NCBI GenBank assembly: GCA_951406725.2
Contig: OX597815.1
Span: forward strand, 192,138,001-192,202,000
Source: Octopus vulgaris
Taxonomy: Eukaryota
Direction: 5' to 3'
Length of the DNA stretch: 64,000 nt
Shown: positions 11,802 to 23,548 of the stretch, one piece after another
How the letters are laid out: every line of letters begins with the position of its first letter
How positions within the stretch are numbered: position 1 is the first letter of the stretch
Notes under the pieces: model-generated
Seen by the model: the letters and a program-made list of their open reading frames with translations, nothing else
What the model was told of the DNA's origin: nothing
Databases searched by the model: none
Position numbers and translations under genes: made by a program

Positions 11802-12038
11802 ATAGCGGAAACTATCAGCTACTTCTACTTTCTCCCCCTTGAGTATGATGGAATCTGTTTTCTGAGCATCTGTGGTGTTTATTGTTGCTGTACACCTGCC
11901 GCACACGAAAACTATCTTCTTGGTTAATTTTCCTTTGATATTGCTGCACCTCTTATGTGTCCATAGCTTACACTGGGTACATCTTATGGAGTTTCTACCT
12001 ACGCCTTTTCTACAGAACGAGCAGGGCCACCTACCTGA
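11802..12038 (-). pseudogene. RTE-clade LINE RT fragment with a PHD-like Cys/His insert
   Basis: Translates as SGRWPCSFCRKGVGRNSIRCTQCKLWTHKRCSNIKGKLTKKIVFVCGRC...GEKVEVADSFRY; C4HC3 spacing followed by the RT LEVVDxFxYLG-type motif. Confidence 0.8.
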
Positions 12039-12602
12039 GCGGGTGTGTGTGCAAAATATGTACCTAATTCAATAAAATTATGAAGGTTACTCTGATTACT
12101 ATGCATAAAATACAAAATGCTTTATGTTTTTGTAAATTAGGTAGGCATAATTCACCCCTGCCTTTTAATCTCAGTGTTTAAGCTATGCATAGTACTGCTG
12201 TAGTACATGTGCTGCATACAATTCTACAAAAACCGTTTTCTTTACATACTATAAAGGCAGAAATAAGTCTGCCTTCAACTCAGTTGCATGCGCTTCACTT
12301 AAATTTTGTGTGTTTTATTTCATAAAGGTCGCTAACTGCCTATCCTGAGTAATTACGGATGGCACGTGCCTGATATATATGTGTATGTGTTTGTGTGTCT
12401 GTGTTTGTCCCCCGCCCATCGCTTGACAACTGATGTTAGTGTGTTTACATCCCCGTAACTTAATGGTTCAGCAAAAGAGACTGATATAATAAGTACTAGG
12501 ATTACAAAGAGTAAGTCCTGGGGTTGATTTGTTTGACTAAAGGCGGTGCTCCAGCATGGCTGCAGTCAAATGACTGAAACAAATAAAAGAATATAAGTAT
12601 AA

Positions 12603-12650
<48 letters not shown>

Positions 12651-12665
12651 GCATATATATATATA

Positions 12666-12699
<34 letters not shown>

Positions 12700-12877
12700 A
12701 GCATATATATATATAGATAGATAGATAAATAAGCATATATATATATATATATAGATAGATAAGCATATATATATATATATATAGATAGATAAGCATATAT
12801 ATATATATATATATATAGATAGATAGATAGATAGATAAGCATATATTCATATATATATTATATATATACATCTGTTT

Positions 12878-12990
12878 ATGGTGCAGAGACCCATGGAACA
12901 GTTGATGTTGGGAACCTCACTAAGGGGTCACATCCTGGAATGAGGGGATCAAGGATAGAACTGGAGTGAGGGACATTGTTCGCAAAATAC
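12878..12990 (+). pseudogene. RTE-clade LINE ORF C-terminal remnant
   Basis: [18 protein letters not shown]/(frameshift)/WNEGIKDRTGVRDIVRKI resembles the RTE QRAMER.MLG.SLRD.IRNEEIR.RTGV.DI region. Confidence 0.6.
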
Positions 12991-13027
12991 CACCATGTGA
13001 ACAGAAGACCTCCAATCAGGTGTTTAC

Positions 13028-13062
<35 letters not shown>

Positions 13063-13281
13063 TATTTATATGTGTATCTATATTAGCAGTTCAGCAAAGG
13101 AGACCGACAGAATAAGTACCAGGGTTAAAAAATAAATTTATACGGGGCCGATTCATTCAATTAAAGGTCTTCAAGATGGTGCCCCAGCATGGCCATAGTC
13201 TAATGACTGAAACAGATAAAAAGAATGTTTCTATTTATCTATGTATATCTATAAACACACACACCTACGTATCTATATATA

Positions 13282-13502
13282 TATGAGGGGCTGCTGAAAA
13301 GTTCCTGGCTTTAAGGGTATCGTGAAAGGGCTGGTTGGAGGCCAAACCACCCAGCTTCTTTTACAGGGCTTAGAAGAACTGAAGGATCACTGTAATAAGC
13401 GTGTGAATCTGAGAGGGGAATATGTTGAATAAAATCATACGTAACTGATTCTTCTGTATTTTCTTTTACCCAAAGCCAAAAACATTTCAACACTCCCTTG
13501 TA
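13282..13502 (+). mobile_element. Mariner-derived MITE (internally deleted)
   Basis: TA-flanked imperfect ~30-bp TIRs (TGAGGGGCTGCTGAAAAGTTCCTGGCTTT / AAAGCCAAAAACATTTCAACACTCCCTTG); interior encodes FLQGLEELKDHCNKRVNLRGEYVE*, like a mariner transposase C-terminus. Confidence 0.85.
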
Positions 13503-14274
13503 CATACATATATGTGTTTGTTTGTTTATGTGTCTATGTAAGGCACTGTCTGTAAAACTACCATTCATAGACTGTAAGATTTATTTACATATACAGTTTT
13601 TTCCAATTTATTATAATCTATTATAACCAATTTAATTAAGAATCTATTTTCTATCTATTTTCTGCATTACATCTTAATTCAATTATTTTTATAACTTTTC
13701 ACTTATTTAGATATTCAGTATACTAGCAAACGAGCATGTATATTTAAATGTTCATATATATATAATTAAAAAACTGAATTATGTTTTTCTGTTTCCACCT
13801 CATACATAACCAAATTCTCTTTCATTACTCCTTTTATCTCCAATTCTTTCAAGTTTTATATCATGGAGAAATTAGTTTCGCTGTTATGAGTCAAATTTGT
13901 TCTAAGCATTTGAATCACAACAAAATGATCTGAAACGACTTTGTGGCATTTGCAGTTTCAATGTATTTTGTTTCTGAAGAGCAAATGGAATTAGTGAAAG
14001 CAAAGATTCTTTGCTCTAAAAATAAATCTATAAAATATTATGCATGTGTATGTTATATATAGATACCAATATTTATTACGTGTGTGTACACATCATCATC
14101 ATCATTATTGCTTTAGTGTTCACTTTTCCATGCTTGCAAGGATTGGATGGAATTTTGGTGAAGTAGATTTTTCTATGGCTGGATGCTCTTCCTCATGACA
14201 AGACACAAAGATCACTGTTTGGATGATGGTGAGACACATTTGCAACAATCACGTAATACCAGAGCAAGGAGACT

Positions 14275-14277
<3 letters not shown>

Positions 14278-14327
<50 letters not shown>

Positions 14328-14940
14328 TGTGTACAGTGCTCAGGTGCACTACAACTCATCTAAAGTGTATATATAATCAGGTGTAGTTTCGGTGGATTTC
14401 GGAAAGCATGAGGGCCTTAAAGGATGCAGTGTCATGGCAGTCAACAACTGATGCAGGCAGTTTATTCCACGCTTCAGCAACCCTGAGCGTGAAAAAATGC
14501 TTCCGAAAGTCATGGGAGCTGTGTTGTTTTCTGACTTTGTAGGCATGTCCACGTGTGTTAGACACATGGAGATCAAAAAGGTATTCAGTGTTGTTGTTGG
14601 TGAGGTGGTTGATAACCTTGTGGGTGTTTACCAAGTCCGTCGCTAGACGCCGGAGCTTCAGTGAATCCATGCCCAGGGAAACAAGGCGCTCAGAATATGG
14701 TAGGTGTCTGATGGAGGGTATGCGTTTGGTTGCACGTCTCTGGACAGATTCCAGGAGGTCAATGTTCTGAGCAAGATAGGGATTCCAAACTGATGATGCG
14801 AATTCCAAGTGTGGTCGTACCATAGCTGTATACAGTTTTAAATAGATGGCTGGAGAGCGGCTAACAAAAGTCTTGCTGAGTGATGCCAAGACACCCTCGG
14901 CCTTCTTGACAATTTTAGAGATATGCTTTGTCCAATGTAA
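14278..14940 (-). mobile_element. 5'-truncated CR1-clade LINE (ORF2 C-terminus, short 3'UTR, (ATT)n tail)
   Basis: Open frame LYTAMVRPHLEFASSVWNPY..LESVQRRATKRI..YSERL..LRRL..TRGH..RKHFFTLRVAEAWNKLP; stop at 14377; (AAT)n at 14278-14327. Confidence 0.92.
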
Positions 14941-14961
14941 TACTCATGCACACACAAGAAT

Positions 14962-15004
<43 letters not shown>

Positions 15005-15028
15005 TGCAACAGGCTTCTTTCAGTTTCT

Positions 15029-15262
15029 TATTTCTTTATTGCCCACAAGGGGCTAAACATAGAGGGGACAAACAGGGACAGACAAACGGATTAAGTCGAT
15101 TATATCGACCTCAGTGCGTAACTGGTACTTATTTAATCGACCCTGAAAGGATGAAAGGCAAAGTTGACCTCGGCATAATTTGAACTCAGAACGTAGCGGC
15201 AGACGAAATACCACTAAGCATTTCACCCGGCGTGCTAACGTTTCTGCCAGCTCGCCGCCTTC
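15029..15262 (-). mobile_element. SINE A inserted in a SINE B remnant
   Basis: 17-bp TSD GGCTTCTTTCAGTTTCT at 15012-15028 and 15263-15279. Confidence 0.9.
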
Positions 15263-15579
15263 GGCTTCTTTCAGTTTCTGTCTTCAAAATCCAGGCACAA
15301 GATAGATAGATAGATAGATACACATAGATCCATATAATTATATCTAAAAAAAATAAATGCACACACACACAACCCCCTCCCCCCCCCACACACACATACA
15401 TACACACATAATCATGGATGAAAAATTCGGAGTTTAAGTTCAGTTCATTTGAGCACTAACTTAGTGTTTTCTATTCCGAGCATATCTACTTCTCTCCTAT
15501 TCTCTTTCTCTTACTTTCTCACTCTCTTTTTCTCTCCACACACACACACACACATATATATGTGTATGTGTATATATAA

Positions 15580-15614
<35 letters not shown>

Positions 15615-15668
15615 TGTGTATGTATATATATATATATATATATGTATATGTATATATATATGTATGTG

Positions 15669-15704
<36 letters not shown>

Positions 15705-15822
15705 TATATACATTCACACACATATATATACATACACACACACACATATATATATATATATACATACACACACAATATATATATATACATACATACACAC
15801 ACATATATATATATATACATAT

Positions 15823-15879
<57 letters not shown>

Positions 15880-16512
15880 AGAGATTGTATGCATTCATTG
15901 GTTTGACACCGTGCTCCTCATGCAGGTAAACAAAGCCGTTCACACTGACTGACTGACTGTTACTAGAGTGACACCATAAACATAATCCAAAATTCAATAG
16001 AAACAGACTCTTCCTTTGTTCGCAGATCTTTGATAAGACAAAGAAATCATACAGAATTCACTGGAAGGAAAAAAATAGAAATGGACCGAAAAAAACCCCA
16101 ACAAAATCAATGAAAACCTCTTCTCACTCACCCCCCTACATAATCCCCCCTCGTTCTCCCCCATATTCTTGTTCTATTCCTGGTAATTCCTTATTTACTC
16201 ATTGACATAATTAGCTCTTGCACCATATCCATCTTACTCTCTGTCTGTCTGTCTGTGTGTCACTCTCTCTCTCACTCTTTTACTTTCTACTTTTAGAGTA
16301 TTTCTATTATAGTATTTTAGGTTTGTGTTATTTTTTGTCTGTTTTGTTTCTTTTGTTTTTGTTTTATTAATTCCGTTGGTTTTTAGATTCATTCTTTGAT
16401 GTTTTTTTGTTTTAATTTTCCACATTTTATTGTTTGGATATATGGCCATCATCATCATCATCACCATTATCATGTCAACATTGGTGATATATGTATATGC
16501 ATGTATACATAA

Positions 16513-17112
16513 GACGGCGAGCTGGCAGAAATTTTAGCACGTTGGGCGAAATGCTTAGCGGTATTTCATCTGCTGTTACGTTCTGAGTTCAAATTCCGCC
16601 GAGGTTGACTTTGCCTTTCATCCTTTCGGGGTCGATAAATTGTGTACCAGTTACACACTGGGGTTGATATAATTGACTTAATCCCTCTGTCTGTCCTTGT
16701 TTGTCCTCTCTGTGTTTAGCCCCTTGTGGGCAGTAAAGAAATAGGTATTTTGTCTGCTGTTACGTTCTGAGTTCAAATTCCGCCGAGGTTGACTTTGCCT
16801 TTCATCCTTTCGGGGTCGATAAATTGTGTACCAGTTACGCACTGGGGTTGATATAATCGACTTAATCCCTCTGTCTGTCCTTGTTTGTCCCCTCTGTGTT
16901 TAGCCCCTTGTGGGCAGTAAAGAAATAGGTATTTCGTCTTCCGCTGTGTTCTGAGTTCAAATTCCGCCGAGGTCGACTTTGCCTTTTATCCTTTCGGAGT
17001 CGATAAATTAAGTAACAGTTACGCACTGGGGGCAATATAATTGACTTAATCCCTCTACCTGTCCTTGTTTGTCCCCTCTGTGTTTAGCCCCTTGTTGGTA
17101 GTGAAAGAAATA
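16513..17112 (+). mobile_element. SINE A trimer (one head, three 184-bp bodies)
   Basis: GGTATTT restarts at 16560, 16744 and 16928; the last two follow AAAGAAATA. Confidence 0.9.
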
Positions 17113-17694
17113 GATATATGTATATGCATTTATAAACACACTAACACACACATATCCATATATATATATATATATATTTATATATACATATATACATGTA
17201 TATGTATACGTTATCGGAAGCACATACATAGTGTATCTGTTTTGTTTATATGCCAAATTTACTGCGGGATATCATCCAAGGAAAACTCATTACATGATAT
17301 AGAGTGTTACAGAAACCAAACGTCCCAGACCAGGCAAGACACCTCACCTCAGATGACCAAGAATGGCAGGTACTGATTCTGTCATTATCATGGCTTATTG
17401 ATACTATGTACTTGGATCAGTGAAATCCATTTGCTGATGTGCTGAGGCATTGCACATGCAAAAGAAAACTACATAATGAATCAAAAACAGGTCTAGTAAT
17501 GTAAACTTTATTGGTTGTACATGGTGAATGTATTTTGTTTATACGCCAAAGTTGGCATGGAATAATGTCTGGCTAAAGCTCCCTATATAATGTGGAATGT
17601 TGAAGAACACTGAATGTCCTGGATCATGCTAGACAACTTGTCTTGAGATGCTGAGAATGACAGATGCCAATACACATATATGCATATATATGTA

Positions 17695-17987
17695 TATATC
17701 ACCATGATCACTGTGACCGACCAGGCTATCAGATGTTGCTACACATCGCTGGTCACAGTGCGCTTTGCAATGTTTTAGCCTTCAAATGACGCCACCCCGC
17801 TGTCTAAGCGAGCAGGCCAACAGAAGAAAGAGTGAGAGAATGTTGTGGTGAAAGAGTACAGCAGGGATCGCCACCACCCACTGCCGGAGCCTTGTGGAGC
17901 TTTGGGTGTTTTCGCTCAATAAACACTCACAACACCCGGTCTGGGAATTGAAACCGCGTTCCTGTGACCACAAGTCCACTATCCTAA
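17695..17987 (-). mobile_element. SINE family E variant with a different 3' half
   Basis: Reverse complement of the E head/core (AAACACTCACAACACCCGGTCTGGGAATTGAAACCGCG) joined to a distinct tail. Confidence 0.7.
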
Positions 17988-18029
17988 CATATGTGTGTGT
18001 GTATATATTATATATTATATATTATATGT

Positions 18030-18370
18030 TAAAAAATACAAACTGGGACAAGAACGCAAAACATTTAGAAGACGATACAAAAAACACGGACGGGACATTC
18101 GAAGCCTTCAATCTTCAGTCAAGAACCGGATCATCCTCACAATTTCGACTGATTAATCTCGAGATCGCTCCGATCCGGCCAGCCCCAAGGAAAAACTAAG
18201 CTAAGCACATTAAATTCCTTGGAAAAAGGATCGAATGTATACGAAACAAGGACAGAAAAACGGACGATGCCACACGAATATAAATACAAAAAACAATAAT
18301 AGTAATAACAGGACAAAAACAGTGGGTGTATTACGACTATAGGCAGTACAACTTAGTTTAGCTGGCGTAT
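18030..18370 (-). mobile_element. Unclassified TA-embedded repeat P5; second copy at 20580-20790
   Basis: Shared GGGACAAGAAC(G/A)CAAAACAT..GACGATACAAA..GCTCCGATC..CCAGCCCCAAGGAAAAACTA. Confidence 0.6.
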
Positions 18371-19057
18371 TTGGAAAAAAAAATATATATATATATTGAG
18401 AAAAAAGTCATCAGAATTTTGGAAAAAATCTTTTTATTTCTTCATTATTATTAGCGCTTTTGTTTGTTTCTTGAAAAGCACCCACTATATTTTTGGAGTG
18501 GTTGGTTATAGGAAGGGCATCCAGATATAGAAACATTGCTAGATCCGATTGGAGCCTGGTACAGCCTTCTGGCTCGCCAGTCCTCAGTCAAACCGTCCAC
18601 TCCAGGCCAGCATGGAAAACAGACATCAGACAAAGATGATGATGATGATATCATTAAAATCTCAAAGCTATGAGATAATGCATGATTAATTCAAAACTGT
18701 GTGAATAAATAAGTATTACATTTGACAGAAGATAATGTGATTGCTAAAGCCCCAGAGGGCCTCTGTTGATGAAAGATAGGCTCTACACCTTTGAAAAAAT
18801 TTTAAACAATCAATAAATAAAGTAAATAAATAAATAAATGAAGGATGGAGAAATTAGGTGAAGTGTTTTGTAGGATTTAAATTTGGAAGCTTGAGTTCAA
18901 ATCATTACAACTACTCAACTGGTTTATGCATATTTGTTTATCATTGATCAGTGATTATGTATAACTATGTATAATTAATAGGAGACAACAAATGAGATTC
19001 AGCCTTATGTACATGTGCAATTGTTTATATATGTATATCCATGTGTCTGAGTGTGTG

Positions 19058-19098
<41 letters not shown>

Positions 19099-19119
19099 TT
19101 ATATACATGTATATATATG

Positions 19120-19458
19120 GAAATTGTAGTTGTGATACCCATGCGGTGGCATATAAAAAGCATGATCCGAATGTGGCCGATGCCAACGCCGCCATTGACT
19201 GGCTTCTGTGTTGGTGGCACATGAAAAGCACTTACCGATCAAGGCTGTTGCCAGCCTCCTCTGGCCTCTGTGCCGGTGGCATGTAAAAAGCACCCACTAC
19301 ACTAATGGAGTGGTTGGCATTAGGAAGGGCATCCAGCTGTAGAAACACTGCCAGATCAGATTGGAGCATGGTGCAGCCTCCTGGCTTCCCAGATTCCGGC
19401 CGAACCACCGTCCAACCCATGCTAGCATGGAAAACAGATGTTAAACGATGATGATGAG
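19120..19458 (+). mobile_element. Family C retroposon
   Basis: Three GGTGGCA..TAAAAAGCA modules, then TTAGGAAGGGCATCCAGCTGTAGAAAC and CCATGCTAGCATGG..(GAT)n; a shorter copy lies at 18474-18650. Confidence 0.85.
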
Positions 19459-19538
19459 GATATATATACATATATATAAATATATATGTATATGTAGAAA
19501 AATATATGTATATATATATATATAAATATATATACGTG

Positions 19539-19585
<47 letters not shown>

Positions 19586-19598
19586 ATTTATCTATCTA

Positions 19599-19645
<47 letters not shown>

Positions 19646-19655
19646 CTATATATAA

Positions 19656-19690
<35 letters not shown>

Positions 19691-19706
19691 TATATATATA
19701 TACATA

Positions 19707-19938
19707 TACTAGAGCATACTATCCGTGAGAAGTAAAATATAATTCTTGAAAATTAATTTGATAAGATGTCAGTAATTTTGTTGTCATCTGGAATGACTAT
19801 TTCAAAAATGATAATAACAGTTATCTGTTATTATCATTTTTAAAACAGTCATTCCAAATGATAACAAAATTAATAATATATCAACAAATGAATTTCGGAG
19901 AATTATATTTTTCTTCTCACGAATAGTTTGCCCTTGTA
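19707..19938. mobile_element. Foldback MITE (232-bp near-palindrome), probably Tc1/mariner-derived
   Basis: ~114-bp arms symmetric about a TTAT loop at 19821-19824; ends TACTAGAGCATACTATCCGTGAGAAG / CTTCTCACGAATAGTTTGCCCTTGTA; TA flanks. Confidence 0.75.
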
Positions 19939-20349
19939 TAGAAAGTATTTCTCACTGGTAAATGTAATTTGATTTCAGCACAAAATGAATCTGTTGCTGC
20001 TCAGATTTCAATAAGGGTAGTTGGGTCTCTTATCATGGTAATACGTGCTGATGACGTTGAGGTAATTTATTTTGCAAGTACAGAAACCAATCCATGTGAG
20101 TCCTTATACTTAAATGTACGTTGAGAGATTTTATTAACCTGATTTGCTTTCGATTGATTTCTGAAGATATCATTAGTGTAATTTTTGGCGATTTAAATAA
20201 GAGTTTTGACAGATATTTCCAGGCAGACATACTTAATATGTCCATTGATTAATTTATTGATATATATATATAAATATTTATATGTGTATATATAAATATA
20301 GATACATATATATTTATGTATTTATATATATATATGTGATATTATATTT

Positions 20350-20562
20350 CAAAATGTGACCTCATGTGTACATTTGGCGATTTTTTTTTCCTCTGTCTCC
20401 CATTCTCTGGATCTTTCCTTCTCCTATGTTTCCGACGAAGAGTTCCGCTCGAAATGTTAAACCCTCCTTCTTTCCTTCTTTCCTGAGCATCCAATAATAC
20501 TATATTTGTTCCACGTCCTAGCGTTATTGTGTTTTTTTGTGCTTTCTTGTTTGGATTAACTA
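20350..20562 (+). mobile_element. Short TA-embedded repeat P2 with a hammerhead-like motif
   Basis: GTTT-CCGACGA-A-GAGT-TCC-GCTC-GAAAT-GTT-AAAC at 20428-20462. Confidence 0.5.
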
Positions 20563-20797
20563 TATATATATATATATATCAAATACAAAAATGGGACAAG
20601 AACACAAAACATCCAGACAGTTAAGTGATACAAAAATGGGAAAACAAAACATCCAGACAGACGATACAAAGAAATCAAGGACGGATGATTCGGAAATTTT
20701 CTATCCTCAGTCGAGTTCCAGATAATCTTTGCAATTTCAGCTAGTTATACTTAAAATTGCTCCGATCTGACCAGCCCCAAGGAAAAACTATTATCTA

Positions 20798-20869
<72 letters not shown>

Positions 20870-21289
20870 TGTTAGGTAGATAAATATATATATATGTGTA
20901 CATGTACATATACGCTATGTGTACTTATATATGTATTTGTATATATATTCATGACTATGCATTTACACACATGCATACACACACACACACATACTTGCAC
21001 ACACTCGCATATAGACTGTAAAAGAAGAAAAAAACTTGTAGAAATGATTTGAAACATTTTATCATGTGAGGAAACAATAAATTGAATATAATTATTCTAT
21101 TTGTAACATCAGGTTTTTATTTTTTATTTTATTGTGGATTTCTGCTATTATCTATTTGGAATTTATCATTCTCCCTCCCTCTCTCTCTCTCTACAGCTTT
21201 AAATATATATAAATATATATATAGTTCAGTGTGTGTGTGTGTACAAGTGTTGAAATGCGCTCATGTGAAAGTATATGTGTATGTGTATA

Positions 21290-21323
<34 letters not shown>

Positions 21324-21396
21324 TATATAGACACTTAAAATTTCGTGACACTTTATGCATATATATATATATACATTCATACACACGTGTGCATGT

Positions 21397-21427
<31 letters not shown>

Positions 21428-22612
21428 TAAAACATTCATGTTTAATGAAGCCGATGCTTCAAATTTCATCACTCATTTTCAATCTCAACACTCACAAACA
21501 TCATGCACTCCTATATACATATATACATACACACACACATGTGCATGCACACACACACACACAGATAAATACACACACATGCACACATGTATAATGCATG
21601 CATGTTTAATAAAGCTGGTACTTCAGATTTCATGACATTTTTTAAGAGCTTTATACCTCTGTGAGTTCTCTTCTATTTTTAATTATCTTAATTCTTCCTC
21701 GGAGGAAGAAGCTCGTTTCTAGCAAAGACATAAAGCTCCATCGTTAGAGTACAGTTAACAAATATAATATCACATTCTAATCTTGAGAAAAGTCTTGCAT
21801 ACTTTTACTGTTTCATTTACAGATTATATTTGTAGTGTGTACTTTTGTGTCTGTGTTTAGCCCCCCACCACTGCTTGACACCCGGTGTTGGTCTGGTTAT
21901 GTCCTTGTAACTTAGGAGTTTGGCAAAAGGGACTGGTAGAGTATCAGGCGTTAAAAAATAGGTCTTGGTGTTGATTTGTTCAACTAAAACTTTTCAAAGT
22001 GGTGCTCCAGTATGGCGGCAGTCAAATGATTGAAACAAGTAAAAGAGTAAAATATATTTGTATGTGTGTGTGTGTGTATGTTTGTATGTGTGTATGTTTG
22101 CATGTGTGTATATGTACGTATGTTTGTATGTGTATATGTTTGTACGTATGTATATTTGTATGCATGTATGTATATATGTATGTATGTTTGTGTGTATGCA
22201 TGTGTGTTTGTATGGTTTTATGTATGTTTGTATGTATGTATATATCTATGAATGTATGTGTATGTATGTATGTATATTTGTATGTATGTGTGTATATGCA
22301 TGTGTGTGTATGTATGTATGTTTTTATGTATGTATGTATGTATATATGTATGTATGAATGAATGAATGAATGTTTGCTTCTGTTTATTCAATCCTTCATC
22401 CCCTGGGGAAGGAATTGGTTTCTAACAGAGATACAAAGCTCCATTGTTGGAATACAGATTACAAAAACAGTGTCACGTTCTAAACTTGAAAAAAGTCTTG
22501 CATATTTTTACTGTTCCCCTTACAATTGCACAAGTTGATTGATTTCTTTTTCTGAAAACCCTGGCTTATCCAAATTATCACTTAGGTAGGGTTGGGTTCA
22601 AAATTCTACCAG

Positions 22613-22658
22613 GACACCTGATGAAGGGTGGAGGGTAAATCAGCCGAAACGTTGTGGT
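22613..22658 (+). ncRNA. Minimal type I hammerhead ribozyme motif (Penelope-like pLTR), slightly decayed
   Basis: GACAC-CTGATGA-A-GGGTG-loop-CAGCC-GAAAC-GTT-GTGGT: canonical core, stem II with 4/5 pairs, palindromic AACGTT stem III, stem I CAC/GTG. Confidence 0.65.
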
Positions 22659-23036
22659 AATAACAAACAAGACGAGGACACATATCCGTCCTACGTAAAT
22701 AATGTAAATAATGTACGGAATTCTTCATCTCTAAAATATAGAAGACTGACTTCAAAACATTATTAAACCAAACATAGTAATATAATTAGTACATTACAAA
22801 GTTATTACAAATGCAGTTATAATGTGAGTAATTAAAACTTAGCATTCTTATGTTTTCGAATATATTTAATTGGGCAATTTAGTTATTTGGTCGTATGAAT
22901 TAATAAAACTGAATAGAAGAGTATACATGTATTTGGGTGTGATCCAATCGTATCTTTGTATGTATGTATGTAAGTACATATATATCTATATATAGTGACA
23001 TATGTACAGAGATGTAAACGTTCCTAATATATGTGT

Positions 23037-23199
23037 AGGTGCAGGAGTGGCTGTGTGGTAAGTAGCTTGCTCACCAACCACATGGTTCCAGGTTCAGTCC
23101 CACTGTGTGGAACCTTGGGCAAGTGTCTTCTACTATAGCCTCAGGCTGACCAAAACTTTTTGAGTGGATTTGTTAGACGGAAACTGAAAGGAGCCTGTT

Positions 23200-23254
<55 letters not shown>

Positions 23255-23505
23255 CTGTATATGTATATACACATAGGTGCAGGAGTGGTTGTGTGGAAAG
23301 TAGCTTGCTTACCAACCACATGGTTCCAGGTTCAGTCCCACTGTGTGGAACCTTGGGCAAGTGTCTTCTACTATAGCCTCAGGCCGACCAAAGCTTTTGG
23401 AGTGGATTTGTTAGACGGAAACTGAAAGAAGCCTGTTTGTATATATAATAATACTGCAATTGTTCCATTGTTGTTGTTTTTTTGTTTTCCCGTTTGGATT
23501 AAAAT

Positions 23506-23548
<43 letters not shown>

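Noticed and set aside
12040-12372. Possible DNA transposon end (reverse complement CAGGCACGTGCC)
   Set aside because: Only one terminus, with no partner TIR or TSD
20080-20245. Possible RT fragment (ISVIFGDLNKSFDR)
   Set aside because: Only one weak motif-like match with stops nearby; not enough to call
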